From Actinomycetes bacterium (GTDB taxonomy: Bacteria; Actinomycetota; Acidimicrobiia; Acidimicrobiales; Aldehydirespiratoraceae): a stretch of DNA of 64,000 bases. Where the stretch lies: contig JAJRXC010000083.1 of the NCBI GenBank assembly GCA_024276495.1, forward strand, positions 314-64,313. The letters run 5' to 3'. Below the pieces are notes generated by a model. That model saw nothing but the letters and a program-made list of their open reading frames with translations. It ran no database searches and was not told the DNA's origin. Each line of letters starts with the position of its first letter. The stretch's first letter is position 1. Shown here piece by piece: positions 8,422-17,507 of the stretch. The position numbers were made by a program, and so were the translations under genes.

Positions 8422-9590
8422 CGTCCACCGGCCCGGACCCCGTCGGCGGCGCCCTCCACCACCGCGTCGACCATGGCGAGCACGTTCGCGGCCGGCACGT
8501 CGCTCATGACCGTGTGCACCGACGAGACCATGTAGCCGCCGTCGGCACCCAGGATCTCGACCACCCGGCGGACCTCGGCTCCGATCTCCGCCGGCGTGCC
8601 GTGCGGCAGGATGCGTTGGGTGTCGATCGCACCGCAGAACACCATCTTCTTGCCGTAGCGGTCACGCAGCGCCTCCAGGTTCGCCATCTCACCGGCCGAC
8701 GTCTGGATCGGGTTGAGGATGTCGATCCCCATCTCGACGAAATCGTCGATCAGCGGGAAGACGTCGCCATCGGTGTGAAAGAACAGCGCGGCGTCGGTGC
8801 GGGACCTGATGAACTCGATCCAGTCGGCATGGATCGGCTTGAGGACCCGGCGGTACATGTCCGGCGACATCAACAGGCTCTCCTGGGTGCCGAGGTCGTC
8901 GCCGATCTTGATGATGTCGACATTGGGGCCCAGCGCGTCGAGGAAGTTCCCCATCAGCTGCTTGCACACACCCTGGATCTTCCAGAGCAGTGCTTCGGTG
9001 AACTCGGGGAACATCACAATGTTCATGAGGAAAGTGTCCATCCCCTGCATGGCGAACGCCCGTTCGAGGGGGAACAGAAGCCACGGGGTGGCGATGATGG
9101 CGAACTCGTTGTCGTCGGCCAGTCGCTGCGCCTCCGAGGCGACGTGGGCCACCCGCGACGGATCGTCCATGTCGGGCCACGGGTGGGCCTCGATCTCCTC
9201 GATGGTCGTCGCCGACGCCAGCGGATGCACCATCGGGAACCACTCCCCGGGCCGAACCTCCTTCGCGCCGGACCCCCAGGAGTCGACATAGTCCGAGTGG
9301 GGTTCGCGGGTCCGGTTTCGTTCCCGCACCGCGTCGGGCTCGCGGTCGAGCACGCCGCGCACGTCGCTGTGGAGGCGCCGCATCGTCGCCTCGTCGATCG
9401 CCGCGGTCCCCAGCTCGGGCCACTCGTAGAGGTAGTCGTCGGGTGCGTCGATGCCGAGCAGGTCCTTCAACGCCCGATACGTCGACATCTTGATGCCGGT
9501 GGCGTTGCTCACCCCGAGCACGATGGGGGGACGGTCCGGCGGCTCGTGGGCGATCGCCATCAGCACCCGTTCTCGTGGCGTGATCGTCAT
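8418..9590 (-). CDS. Uroporphyrinogen decarboxylase family protein (MT2-like methyltransferase superfamily)
   Basis: TPRERV...HEPPDRPP, GDDLGTQESLLMSP, FHTDG, LNPIQ, GAIDTQ; GGGAG RBS; ATGA overlap with the corrinoid gene. Confidence 0.9.
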   Translation of the reverse strand: MTITPRERVLMAIAHEPPDRPPIVLGVSNATGIKMSTYRALKDLLGIDAPDDYLYEWPELGTAAIDEATMRRLHSDVRGVLDREPDAVRERNRTREPHSDYVDSWGSGAKEVRPGEWFPMVHPLASATTIEEIEAHPWPDMDDPSRVAHVASEAQRLADDNEFAIIATPWLLFPLERAFAMQGMDTFLMNIVMFPEFTEALLWKIQGVCKQLMGNFLDALGPNVDIIKIGDDLGTQESLLMSPDMYRRVLKPIHADWIEFIRSRTDAALFFHTDGDVFPLIDDFVEMGIDILNPIQTSAGEMANLEALRDRYGKKMVFCGAIDTQRILPHGTPAEIGAEVRRVVEILGADGGYMVSSVHTVMSDVPAANVLAMVDAVVEGAADGVRAGGR

Positions 9591-9707
9591 GGCGGCTCCC
9601 GCTCTCGAAGGATCAACGGGTCCACGTTCGATGGTCGGGTCGCCGACCGGCAGAGTCCAAGGTCCCGGCCGTTCGCCCCACCCGAGCGGGAGCAATACGC
9701 TCCCCCC

Positions 9708-11855
9708 ATGGCGGACGAAGCCCCCGAGATCCTGCACCTGTTGAAGGCGGGTCGCATCCTGCAGTACCGCCAACAGAACGTGGCCCTCGTGTCCGCCGCG
9801 GAGGGAACCGAGTTCGACATCGGCTACGCCGAACGGTGGCTCGCCCCCGACCTCCGGGTCGCCGTCGGCGACGGCGCGATCGTGATCCTGTCGGACTCGC
9901 CCTACCGCCGGGTCGACCCCGTCCGCTACGCGACCGTCACCGCCGCCGCCGAACGGGGACGCAACGGCCTTCAGCTGACGATCAAGGTCGGCCCCTGGCC
10001 GGTGGTGGAGGACGAAGACGCCCTCACGGCGCCATTGCGCGCGCACCCGACCCAGCCGCCCTACTTCGCCTGGCGCACCCGAACCGAGGGCCTGCGGCCG
10101 CCCCGCTCCGATCACGAGGCCCGCGAGGCGTGGCGCGACGCCGTCGACCGTCTCCGGGGCAACAACTTCTACGCCGACTCCAGCTTCGCCCGCGTCGTGC
10201 GGGTGCTCGACCCGCACGGTCACGAGGTCCGCGAGCGATCGCTCGAGCTCGGCCAGATCGCGACCGCGGTGCTCGAGGTGCGCTCACCGGGCGGCGGCGA
10301 CCATCTCCACTCGGTCCTCGTCGACTCCGACCCGCCCGGGGCCGCGGTCGGCGGCATCGAAGGAGAGCGAACCGACCAGGAATCCCACCTCCACGTGCCG
10401 GTCCGCCCGCTCGCCGCCGGGTCGCATTCCGTGGAGCTCTCCTTTGTTCCCGAGCCGCTTCTCTCGAGCCGGATCTCGTTCACGATCGAGGCCCACAAGG
10501 CGGTCGTCGCCCCCACCCCGCCGCCGGCAACCACGGCCTCGGGCGCAGCGTCGGCCCCGGCGACCGATCCCGGACTCGTGCAGGCGCTGGCCGAACGCCT
10601 TCGCCGCATCGACGCGGTCGAACCGACCCAATGGCTGAACCTCCTCCAGGACCATGTTCTTCCGCTCGCCCCCGACGACCCCGTCATCACCTCCATGACC
10701 GCCGAGGCGGCCTACGACATCGAAGAGTGGGAGACGGTCATCGAGCTGCTCCACGACCCGTCGCGGTTCCGCACCGGCGACGCGTTTCGGGCCTTGACCG
10801 CCGGCTTGCACTACGGGCTCCCGACCGATGTCGCGGGCCTGCTCCGGGAGATCGACTTCGGGGTGGAGTCCAACGTGGCCCGTCTCGCCAAGGAGCTTCC
10901 CCGGCTGCCCGACGGCGCGATCCGGGACATCGCCGAGGTCATCCTCGACGAGCTCGCCGGAAAGGAGGTGCTCGACCGGCTGCTCCCCGACGTGTTCCTA
11001 CGCCTCCGCGACGATCTGGCGTTGCGCGTCGCCATCGAATGCGCCCCGGCCGATCCCGACGCGTGGCTCGATCGGGCGCTGCGGCGCTGGCCCGACCCCC
11101 ACCGGATGCCCGACACGGCCCTCGCCGAGATCCTCACGTGGGACATCAACACCGCCGCGCTGGCCCCGTACGTCAGAGAGGCGATCGAACAACACGTCGA
11201 TGCCGGCGAGGTCGACGAGGTGCTCGAGCTCGACGAACGGGCCCGCGCACTGCTCCCCCGGATCGAACAGGTCCGGCTCCGGGCCGCGACCGCCCGACTC
11301 TTCTTCGACCACGAGGGCACCGTCGACACCGCCCGCGGCCTGCTGCTCGCCGCGGTCGCCGAGGCCGCCGGTCTCGGCGATCCCGACCTCGCCGCCGAGT
11401 TGGCGTTCACGATGCGCGAGCGGTGGCCGGCCGGCGAGGACGAGACGATCGACGCCGCCGTCGACGGGCTGCGCGCCGTGCTCGACGACCTCGTCGACTT
11501 CCAGGAATGGCGGGAGAAACGCGACCACGACGCCGCCGAGGCGCTGCGACCATCGGTCAACGGCAAGGTCCTCCACATCGTCGGTGGACGGCGCCGGCGC
11601 TGGGCCGACGCGCTCGAAACCGACCTCGGCCTCAAGGACCTGCGCTGGCACGAGAGCGAGAAACGCAAACCGCCATCGCTCGACTGGGCCGGCGCGGTCG
11701 ATCCCGACCGCGACCTCGTGGTGCTGATCTGGACCCACTGCGGCCATGCCACCAGTCAGGGGCTCGACGTGGCCGGGGTCGACTACCGACCGGCCACGTG
11801 GAGTCGCGCATCGATTCTCGACGCCGTGCGCGAGGCGATCAGCGCCTCAGTGTGA
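9708..11855 (+). CDS. Hypothetical multidomain protein (715 aa) with C-terminal DUF2325-like domain
   Basis: Coding-like from MADEAPEIL; TACGCT -10 lies 6 nt upstream; C-terminus VLHIVGG...DLVVLIWTHCGH resembles DUF2325. Confidence 0.8.
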   Translation: MADEAPEILHLLKAGRILQYRQQNVALVSAAEGTEFDIGYAERWLAPDLRVAVGDGAIVILSDSPYRRVDPVRYATVTAAAERGRNGLQLTIKVGPWPVVEDEDALTAPLRAHPTQPPYFAWRTRTEGLRPPRSDHEAREAWRDAVDRLRGNNFYADSSFARVVRVLDPHGHEVRERSLELGQIATAVLEVRSPGGGDHLHSVLVDSDPPGAAVGGIEGERTDQESHLHVPVRPLAAGSHSVELSFVPEPLLSSRISFTIEAHKAVVAPTPPPATTASGAASAPATDPGLVQALAERLRRIDAVEPTQWLNLLQDHVLPLAPDDPVITSMTAEAAYDIEEWETVIELLHDPSRFRTGDAFRALTAGLHYGLPTDVAGLLREIDFGVESNVARLAKELPRLPDGAIRDIAEVILDELAGKEVLDRLLPDVFLRLRDDLALRVAIECAPADPDAWLDRALRRWPDPHRMPDTALAEILTWDINTAALAPYVREAIEQHVDAGEVDEVLELDERARALLPRIEQVRLRAATARLFFDHEGTVDTARGLLLAAVAEAAGLGDPDLAAELAFTMRERWPAGEDETIDAAVDGLRAVLDDLVDFQEWREKRDHDAAEALRPSVNGKVLHIVGGRRRRWADALETDLGLKDLRWHESEKRKPPSLDWAGAVDPDRDLVVLIWTHCGHATSQGLDVAGVDYRPATWSRASILDAVREAISASV

Positions 11856-12227
11856 TTCGAGGGCGGCCCGGGCGCCGGCGAGGTCGTCGGCCCCGACGAC
11901 GAGCCGGGTGGACGTGGCGAGGTAGGCCAGGTCGACGTTTACCCCGGCGTCGCCGAGGATGCTGCCGATCTCACCGAGCACCCCCGGTCGATCCTCGACC
12001 GGGACGACCATGACCTCCTCGTCGGCCGCCACCTCGATCCCGACCCGGGCCAGGGCGGTGAAGGCCGCCTCGGCATCGTCGACCAACAGGTGCACTATCG
12101 CCCGGGACCCGCCACACGTCGTGGCACACATGCCTTCGATGTTGACGTCCGCCGCACCGAGGGCCCGTCCGAGGCGGGCCAGCTCCCCTGCGGTGTCGGA
12201 CAATTCGATCGTCAGGTCGGTCGTCAT
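11847..12227 (-). CDS. Tandem ACT domain protein
   Basis: DTAGELARLGRALGAADVNIE and DRPGVLGEIGSILGDAGVNVD repeats. Confidence 0.9.
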   Translation of the reverse strand: MTTDLTIELSDTAGELARLGRALGAADVNIEGMCATTCGGSRAIVHLLVDDAEAAFTALARVGIEVAADEEVMVVPVEDRPGVLGEIGSILGDAGVNVDLAYLATSTRLVVGADDLAGARAALESH

Positions 12228-12318
12228 CGGGCATCACCCTCTCGTTTCACGATCATCGCGCCGAAACCCGACGCGAACCAGTGTCGGCGCGGCGTCGCCG
12301 GTCGAGCCCGACTCGCGC

Positions 12319-12969
12319 TCAGCCTCCGCCCAGCCGACGCGACAGACGATCGGATCCGGCCTCGAATCCCGGAAGCTGGACCTCGAGGGCACCGGCCTTC
12401 GCAGCGGCGAGCTCGACGACGATCGCCTCCACCTCGGCCCAGTTGCGGGCCCGATGGCCACCGAACTCCCGGTTGTAGGGCTGGTCGAACACGATCACGT
12501 CGTTGCCTTCGGCCCGCAGCTCCTCCACGTTGTGGGGCGCATCATCGACATAGCAATCGGCCTCCACCTCGGGTTTCGCGCCGAGGAAGCAGATGTCGCG
12601 GTAGGGGATGCGTTGTTCGTCGAGCCAGGTGACGGTGTCGGCGATCGCCGCCGCGTGGCCCCAGTTGACATAGAGGCGATGGGTGACGATGCGGATCCAC
12701 ACCCCCGCGTCGGAAAGCCGCCACAGCGCGTCCGCGGCGCCGTCGACCACCGGCAGCGTCGCCAGCATGCGCAGGTCGGCGACGGCGAGGCGATGGAGAC
12801 GATTGAACTCCTCGATGCTCAACCCCCACTCGTGGAAGTCCCAGGATCGCTCGTCGGGCAGCGAGTCGGGGTCCACTCCCCGGTCGTCGGCCACCACCTG
12901 GCGAAAGCCCGCGGTGTAGTCCGCCACGACGCCGTCGAGGTCCACGCCGCAAACGAAAGGCCGAGTCAT
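12319..12969 (-). CDS. 5'(3')-deoxyribonucleotidase, NT5C-type HAD hydrolase
   Basis: GVDLDGVVAD, IVTHR, K...YVDDAPHN, FDQPYN motifs. Confidence 0.88.
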   Translation of the reverse strand: MTRPFVCGVDLDGVVADYTAGFRQVVADDRGVDPDSLPDERSWDFHEWGLSIEEFNRLHRLAVADLRMLATLPVVDGAADALWRLSDAGVWIRIVTHRLYVNWGHAAAIADTVTWLDEQRIPYRDICFLGAKPEVEADCYVDDAPHNVEELRAEGNDVIVFDQPYNREFGGHRARNWAEVEAIVVELAAAKAGALEVQLPGFEAGSDRLSRRLGGG

Positions 12970-13004
12970 GCATCGAGGGTGCCACAGATGGCACAGTGCA
13001 CGTC
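12970..13004. promoter_or_regulatory. Compact bidirectional (leaderless-type) promoter region containing palindrome GTGCCA-N4-TGGCAC
   Basis: Minus strand CACCCT 6 nt before ATG 12969; plus strand CACAGT 7 nt before GTG 13005. Confidence 0.45.
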
Positions 13005-13583
13005 GTGCGATCGCTACGACTCGGAATCGATCTCGACGGCGTCGTCGCCGACTTCAACGCGGGATGGACCGCCCGCTACAACCGCGACTTCCCCGACCGG
13101 ATCGACCGCGACCTCACCACCGCCGACGTCACCGAATGGGACGCGCCGACGGTGTTGAGCCACTTCGCGACGATGTCGGAGTTCTGGAAGTGGGCCGAGA
13201 CCTGCGCGGAGGGCCGCAGCCTGTTCGCCGGTCTCGAGCCCTACCCGGGCGCGATCGAGGCCCTCGAACGACTCCGGGCCGACGGGCACCATGTCGTCAT
13301 CCTCACGACGAAGCCCCATTTCTCGATCCACGACACCTACGACTGGCTGGCCCGACACAAGGTACCGTCCACCGAGATCCACATTCTCGACGACAAGACC
13401 CGCGTCGAGTGCGACGTCTATCTCGATGACGGCGTGCACAATCTCGAAGCCCTCGTCGCCGCCCACCCCCGCTCGACCGTGTGCCGCTACGTGCGGCCCT
13501 GGAACACCTCTGTCCCGGGGACCATCGACATCCGCGACTGGAACCAGTTCACCGAGGCGGTTCGCACCCATGCGCGTACATGA
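13005..13583 (+). CDS. 5'(3')-deoxyribonucleotidase, NT5C-type HAD hydrolase (second paralogue)
   Basis: GIDLDGVVADF, ILTTK, K...YLDDGVHN, RPWN; alternative start 12996. Confidence 0.88.
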   Translation: MRSLRLGIDLDGVVADFNAGWTARYNRDFPDRIDRDLTTADVTEWDAPTVLSHFATMSEFWKWAETCAEGRSLFAGLEPYPGAIEALERLRADGHHVVILTTKPHFSIHDTYDWLARHKVPSTEIHILDDKTRVECDVYLDDGVHNLEALVAAHPRSTVCRYVRPWNTSVPGTIDIRDWNQFTEAVRTHART

Positions 13584-13650
13584 AGGCCGCGCGAGCAGTT
13601 GCGCGACCGAGTCGCTACTGTCGCGGGCACAACTCTTCCTGGAGGGAACC

Positions 13651-14889
13651 ATGACAAAGACGATGCTGCGCATTCTTGCGCTGTTGATGTCGTTCGCACT
13701 GTTCGCCGCCGCGTGTGGCAACGACAGCGACGACGACGCCACACCGGCCGACACCGACGAGGGCGCCGACGACGGCGGCGACGAGATGGCCGACGACGAG
13801 ATGGCCGACGACGAGATGACCGATGAAGAGATGGCGGCCATGGACGATGAGGAGATGGCCGACGACGAGATGTCCGACGAGGAGATGGCGGACATGGAGA
13901 TGGCCGACTGGCCGGACAAGATCGTCTTCGGGTTCGTGCCGAGCCAGGAGCAGGATTCGCTCCAAGACGACATCCAGCCCTTCATCGACGTGCTGCAGGA
14001 CGCGCTCGGCATCGAAGTCGAGGGCATCGTGACCACCGACTACACCGGCCTCGTCACGGCGATGGGCACCGGGAGCGCCGATCTCGGCGCGTTCGGACCG
14101 TTCGCCTACACCCTCGGCACCGACCAGTTTCCCGGTCAGATCGAAGCCCTGATCCAGTCGGGCCGTTTCGGTTCGTTCACCTACCACGGTCAGTGGTTCA
14201 CCAACGACCCGTCGATCTGCCCCGAACCGCCCGTCCCCGGCACTTCGCTGGAGAACGGACCCGACGGCGAGATCGTCCAGGTCGACGCCCTCGATGCCGT
14301 CGCCTTGCAGGTCGGCGTGTTCTTCGGCGATGACGGCAAGGCCCAGGGCGAGACGACCGACGACGGCGCGGTGATCAGCCCCGGCTCCAGCTGCATCGGC
14401 AGCCTCGACTCCGTGGTCGGCCGGGAAGTGGCCTTCACCAGCGAGTCGTCGACGTCGGGCTACCTGTTCCCGTCGCTGGATCTGACCAACGCGGGCATCG
14501 ATCCGGTCGAGGACATCACCCCCCGCTTCCTCGGTGGGCACGACGCCTCCGTCACCGCGGTCTACAACGGCGACGCCACCATCGGCCTCTCGTTCGATGA
14601 CGCCCGCCGGACCATCCGCAAGGAGAACCCCGACGTGGGCGAGAAGGTCATCGTCTTCTCGATCACCGATGAGATCCCCAACGACGTCGTCGCCGTCCGA
14701 AGCGAGCTTCCCGACTCGTTGAAGGACGCCATCTACACCGCGGTCGAGGAGTTCCTCGCGACCGACGAGGGCGAAGCGATCTTCGACGAGATCTACGGCT
14801 GGACCGACATCCGTCGGGCCGACGAAGCCGACTTCGACATCGTGCGCGAAGCCTCCCAGACCCTCGGCATCACCGAGCCCCCCGGCTGA
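13651..14889 (+). CDS. phnD: Phosphate/phosphite/phosphonate ABC transporter substrate-binding lipoprotein
   Basis: Lipobox FAAAC; FGFVPS, SSTSGYLFP, GGHDASV, IPND motifs; GGAGG RBS. Confidence 0.9.
   Translation: MTKTMLRILALLMSFALFAAACGNDSDDDATPADTDEGADDGGDEMADDEMADDEMTDEEMAAMDDEEMADDEMSDEEMADMEMADWPDKIVFGFVPSQEQDSLQDDIQPFIDVLQDALGIEVEGIVTTDYTGLVTAMGTGSADLGAFGPFAYTLGTDQFPGQIEALIQSGRFGSFTYHGQWFTNDPSICPEPPVPGTSLENGPDGEIVQVDALDAVALQVGVFFGDDGKAQGETTDDGAVISPGSSCIGSLDSVVGREVAFTSESSTSGYLFPSLDLTNAGIDPVEDITPRFLGGHDASVTAVYNGDATIGLSFDDARRTIRKENPDVGEKVIVFSITDEIPNDVVAVRSELPDSLKDAIYTAVEEFLATDEGEAIFDEIYGWTDIRRADEADFDIVREASQTLGITEPPG
13780..13908 (+). repeat. Intragenic ~15-bp repeats encoding (D/E)EMAD-like pentapeptides
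   Basis: GACGAGATGGCCGAC-type units encode DEMADDEMADDEMTDEEMAAMDDEEMADDEMSDEEMADMEMAD. Confidence 0.85.
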
Positions 14890-14928
14890 TCTGCGGTAGG
14901 GAAACGCAACCGCACAACCCGTGGTCTC

Positions 14929-14960
14929 CGGCTGCGGTCCGCTTCGGCGGGCCGCAGCCG
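14929..14960 (+). terminator. Intercistronic stem-loop with UUCG tetraloop between phnD and phnC
   Basis: CGGCTGCGGTCCGC-TTCG-GCGGGCCGCAGCCG; no U tract, so may act as an mRNA stabiliser or partial terminator. Confidence 0.6.
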
Positions 14961-15000
14961 TGAGGGCCCGCCCCGACTCACGGACTCGCGAGGCAGTCAG

Positions 15001-15774
15001 ATGATCGAACTCAAGAACGTGTCCGTCACCTACCGGGGCGGGGTGAAAGCACTTCGCAACCTCGATCTCACGATCGACGACGGCGAGTTCGTGGTCGTCG
15101 TCGGTCTTTCCGGCGCCGGCAAGTCCACCCTTTTGCGGGTCCTCAACGGCCTCGTCCCCGCCACCGAGGGGTCCGCCAAGGTCGACGGCATCGAGGTCGT
15201 CGGCGCGTCCAACGCCACGCTGCGCATGGTTCGATCCCGCATCGGCATGATCTTCCAGACCTTCAACCTGGCCGAGCGCACCACCGTGCTCAACAACGTG
15301 TTGATGGGTCGTCTGGCCATGGTGCCGTCGTGGCGATCGACCTTCGGCCTGTGGCCGGCCGCCGACCGGGAGATCGCGATGCAGGCCCTCGAACGGGTCG
15401 GCATCGTCGAGAAGACCTACGTCCGGGCATCGAATCTCTCCGGTGGCCAACAACAACGGGTCGGCATCGCCCGGGCCCTCGCCCAACAGCCGACCCTGAT
15501 GCTGGCCGACGAGCCGGTCGCCGCGCTCGATCCGGTGACCAGCCGACAGGTGATGGGCGACCTGGCCCGGATCAACAGCGACCTGGGCATCACCACCCTC
15601 ATCAACCTGCACTTTCTCGACCTCGCCCAGGAGTACGGGCGACGACTCATCGGCCTGCGCGACGGCGAGTTGGTGTTCGACGGCGACATCGCCGACGTCG
15701 ACGACGACACCTTCCGCGAGATCTACGGACGGTCGATCACCGCCGGCGACGTGCTCGCCGACACCGACACGTGA
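15001..15774 (+). CDS. phnC: Phosphonate-type ABC transporter ATP-binding protein
   Basis: GLSGAGKSTLLR, LSGGQQQRVGIARAL, LADEPVAALDP, INLH. Confidence 0.93.
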   Translation: MIELKNVSVTYRGGVKALRNLDLTIDDGEFVVVVGLSGAGKSTLLRVLNGLVPATEGSAKVDGIEVVGASNATLRMVRSRIGMIFQTFNLAERTTVLNNVLMGRLAMVPSWRSTFGLWPAADREIAMQALERVGIVEKTYVRASNLSGGQQQRVGIARALAQQPTLMLADEPVAALDPVTSRQVMGDLARINSDLGITTLINLHFLDLAQEYGRRLIGLRDGELVFDGDIADVDDDTFREIYGRSITAGDVLADTDT

Positions 15775-16598
15775 CCGCCGACTCGTCGGCCCCCGAACCG
15801 GCTGCACCTGGCGGGCCCGGCGGGCGCCCGAAGAAGCCCCGCCGAAAGCCACTCACGCTCGTCGTCGTGGTCGGTCTGGTCCTGTGGACCTGGTTCACGG
15901 GTCGCCAGGTCGGCTTCGACCTCACGACCTTCATCGATCTCTGGACCAACCCGCTGTGGGAGAAGTTCTGGCCCGTGCCGTGGGAGTGGGTGCTCGACCG
16001 CGACAACGTGATCGACCCGCTCGTCGAGACCTTCCAGATCGCCGTGGTCGCCACCGTCGTCGGCTGCGGCCTGGCCTTGCCCGTCTCGTTCGCCATGAGC
16101 CGCCTCACGACCCCCAACGGTGGCACCTACTGGGTCACTCGGGTCGTCATGAACATCGTCCGGGCCGTGCCCGACCTGTTCTGGGCGAAGCTGCTGGTCA
16201 CGGCGGTCGGCATCGGCGCGTTCGCCGGCACCTGGGCGCTGTCGATCTTCTCGTTGGCGGTCATGGTCAAGTTGTTCTCGGAGACCATCGACGGGGCCGA
16301 TCCGCGACCGCTCGAGGCCGCGAGAGCCGCGGGCGGCCGTCATGTCCCGTCGGTGCGGGCCGGCGTGTTGCCCACCGTCTTGCCGTCGTACGTCGCCTAC
16401 TCGCTCTACATCTTCGAGCTCAACATCCGCGCATCGATCGTGCTCGGCCTGGTCGGGGCCGGTGGCATCGGCCGGGTGATCGAGGCGCAGCGCCAGTACT
16501 TCCGCTTCGGCCGGATCCTGGGCGTCCTGCTCATCATCTTCGTGGTGGTGTTCGTGATCGAGCAGATCAGCGTCGCGCTGCGGCGGAGGCTCGTCTGA
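15771..16598 (+). CDS. phnE: Phosphonate-type ABC transporter permease
   Basis: RAVPDL, KLFSE, FELNIRASIVLGLVGAGGIG; GTGA overlap with phnC. Confidence 0.92.
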   Translation: MTADSSAPEPAAPGGPGGRPKKPRRKPLTLVVVVGLVLWTWFTGRQVGFDLTTFIDLWTNPLWEKFWPVPWEWVLDRDNVIDPLVETFQIAVVATVVGCGLALPVSFAMSRLTTPNGGTYWVTRVVMNIVRAVPDLFWAKLLVTAVGIGAFAGTWALSIFSLAVMVKLFSETIDGADPRPLEAARAAGGRHVPSVRAGVLPTVLPSYVAYSLYIFELNIRASIVLGLVGAGGIGRVIEAQRQYFRFGRILGVLLIIFVVVFVIEQISVALRRRLV

Positions 16599-17497
16599 TG
16601 ACCGCCACCGTCCCACCCGACGAGCGCCACGAGGGCGCACCGGCCGGCCGGCCCGAGCGCCCGGTCGGGCCACTCGTCGCCCGGGCCGTCGTCTTCGTGA
16701 TCATCGCCGGTGCCTTCGCGTGGGGTGCGAGCGGCCTCGATGCGTCATGGGCCCGCCTTCGATCGGCCCCCGGCGACGGCTGGGCCATCTTCCGGCTGAT
16801 GTGGCCACCCGACTTCGCGACCGAGCTCGACCGCGGCGTCATCGGCAAGGTCCTCGAGTCGGTCTACATCGCCTGGATCGGCACCATCCTCGGCGCCGCG
16901 ATCTCCCTCCCACTCGCGTTCCTCGCGTCGAACAACGTGTCGCCATCCTTCATCCGACTGCCGATCCGCCAGCTCTTCAACGCGATCCGGGCCGTTCCCG
17001 AACTGATCGTCGCCGTGATCCTGATCGCCATCACCGGCCTCGGCCCGTGGGCCGGGGCGCTGGCGATCGGGCTCCACTCGGTCGGCACCCTCGGCAAGCT
17101 CTCGAGCGAGGAGATCGAGTCCAGCGATCGTGGCCCGGTCGAGGCGGTCGAAGCCTGTGGCGGCCGCTGGATCTCCCGGGTTCGTTGGGGAATCCTGCCC
17201 CAGGTCATGCCGGTGATCATCAGCTACTGGTTGTTCCGCTTCGAGGTCAACGTGCGGGCGTCGGCCGTGCTGGGGATGATCGGGGCCGGAGGGGTCGGCG
17301 CGGAGCTCATCAGCCAACTCAACTTCCGCAACTTCCCCGAGGTCGGCGCGGTGCTGATCATCACGATCGCGGTCGTCATCTTCATCGACACGATCTCGTC
17401 GGCGGTCCGCAAGCGGATCATCGCCGGTGGAGCGGGCGACGATCAGTCCCGCATGGCGGTGCTGTTCGGCGACCTCGTCGGCCACCGCGGCGGCTGA
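16598..17497 (+). CDS. phnE: Phosphonate-type ABC transporter permease (second copy)
   Basis: RAVPEL, GKLSSEEIE, RFEVNVRASAVLGMIGAGGVG; TGATG coupling. Confidence 0.92.
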   Translation: MTATVPPDERHEGAPAGRPERPVGPLVARAVVFVIIAGAFAWGASGLDASWARLRSAPGDGWAIFRLMWPPDFATELDRGVIGKVLESVYIAWIGTILGAAISLPLAFLASNNVSPSFIRLPIRQLFNAIRAVPELIVAVILIAITGLGPWAGALAIGLHSVGTLGKLSSEEIESSDRGPVEAVEACGGRWISRVRWGILPQVMPVIISYWLFRFEVNVRASAVLGMIGAGGVGAELISQLNFRNFPEVGAVLIITIAVVIFIDTISSAVRKRIIAGGAGDDQSRMAVLFGDLVGHRGG

Positions 17498-17507
17498 TGA
17501 CGTTCGG

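Noticed and set aside
8514-9707. N-terminal 398 codons of the 1113-aa ORF
   Set aside because: Antisense shadow of the UroD-family gene; real coding character starts at ATG 9708
9591-9707. Cobalamin riboswitch upstream of the corrinoid operon
   Set aside because: Intergenic region is only ~117 bp and no B12-box was recognised
13780-13908. Short repeats as a possible CRISPR array
   Set aside because: In-frame coding repeats without spacers; no cas genes
13615-15852. 745-aa minus-strand ORF (and similar long ORFs such as 3034-5244, 36205-38115, 37907-39745, 50781-52673)
   Set aside because: Stop-free antisense frames of well-supported genes, expected at high GC3; no motifs
13651-17497. Phosphonate (C-P lyase) or phosphite oxidation pathway
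   Set aside because: Only transporter genes are present; no catabolic genes in the window
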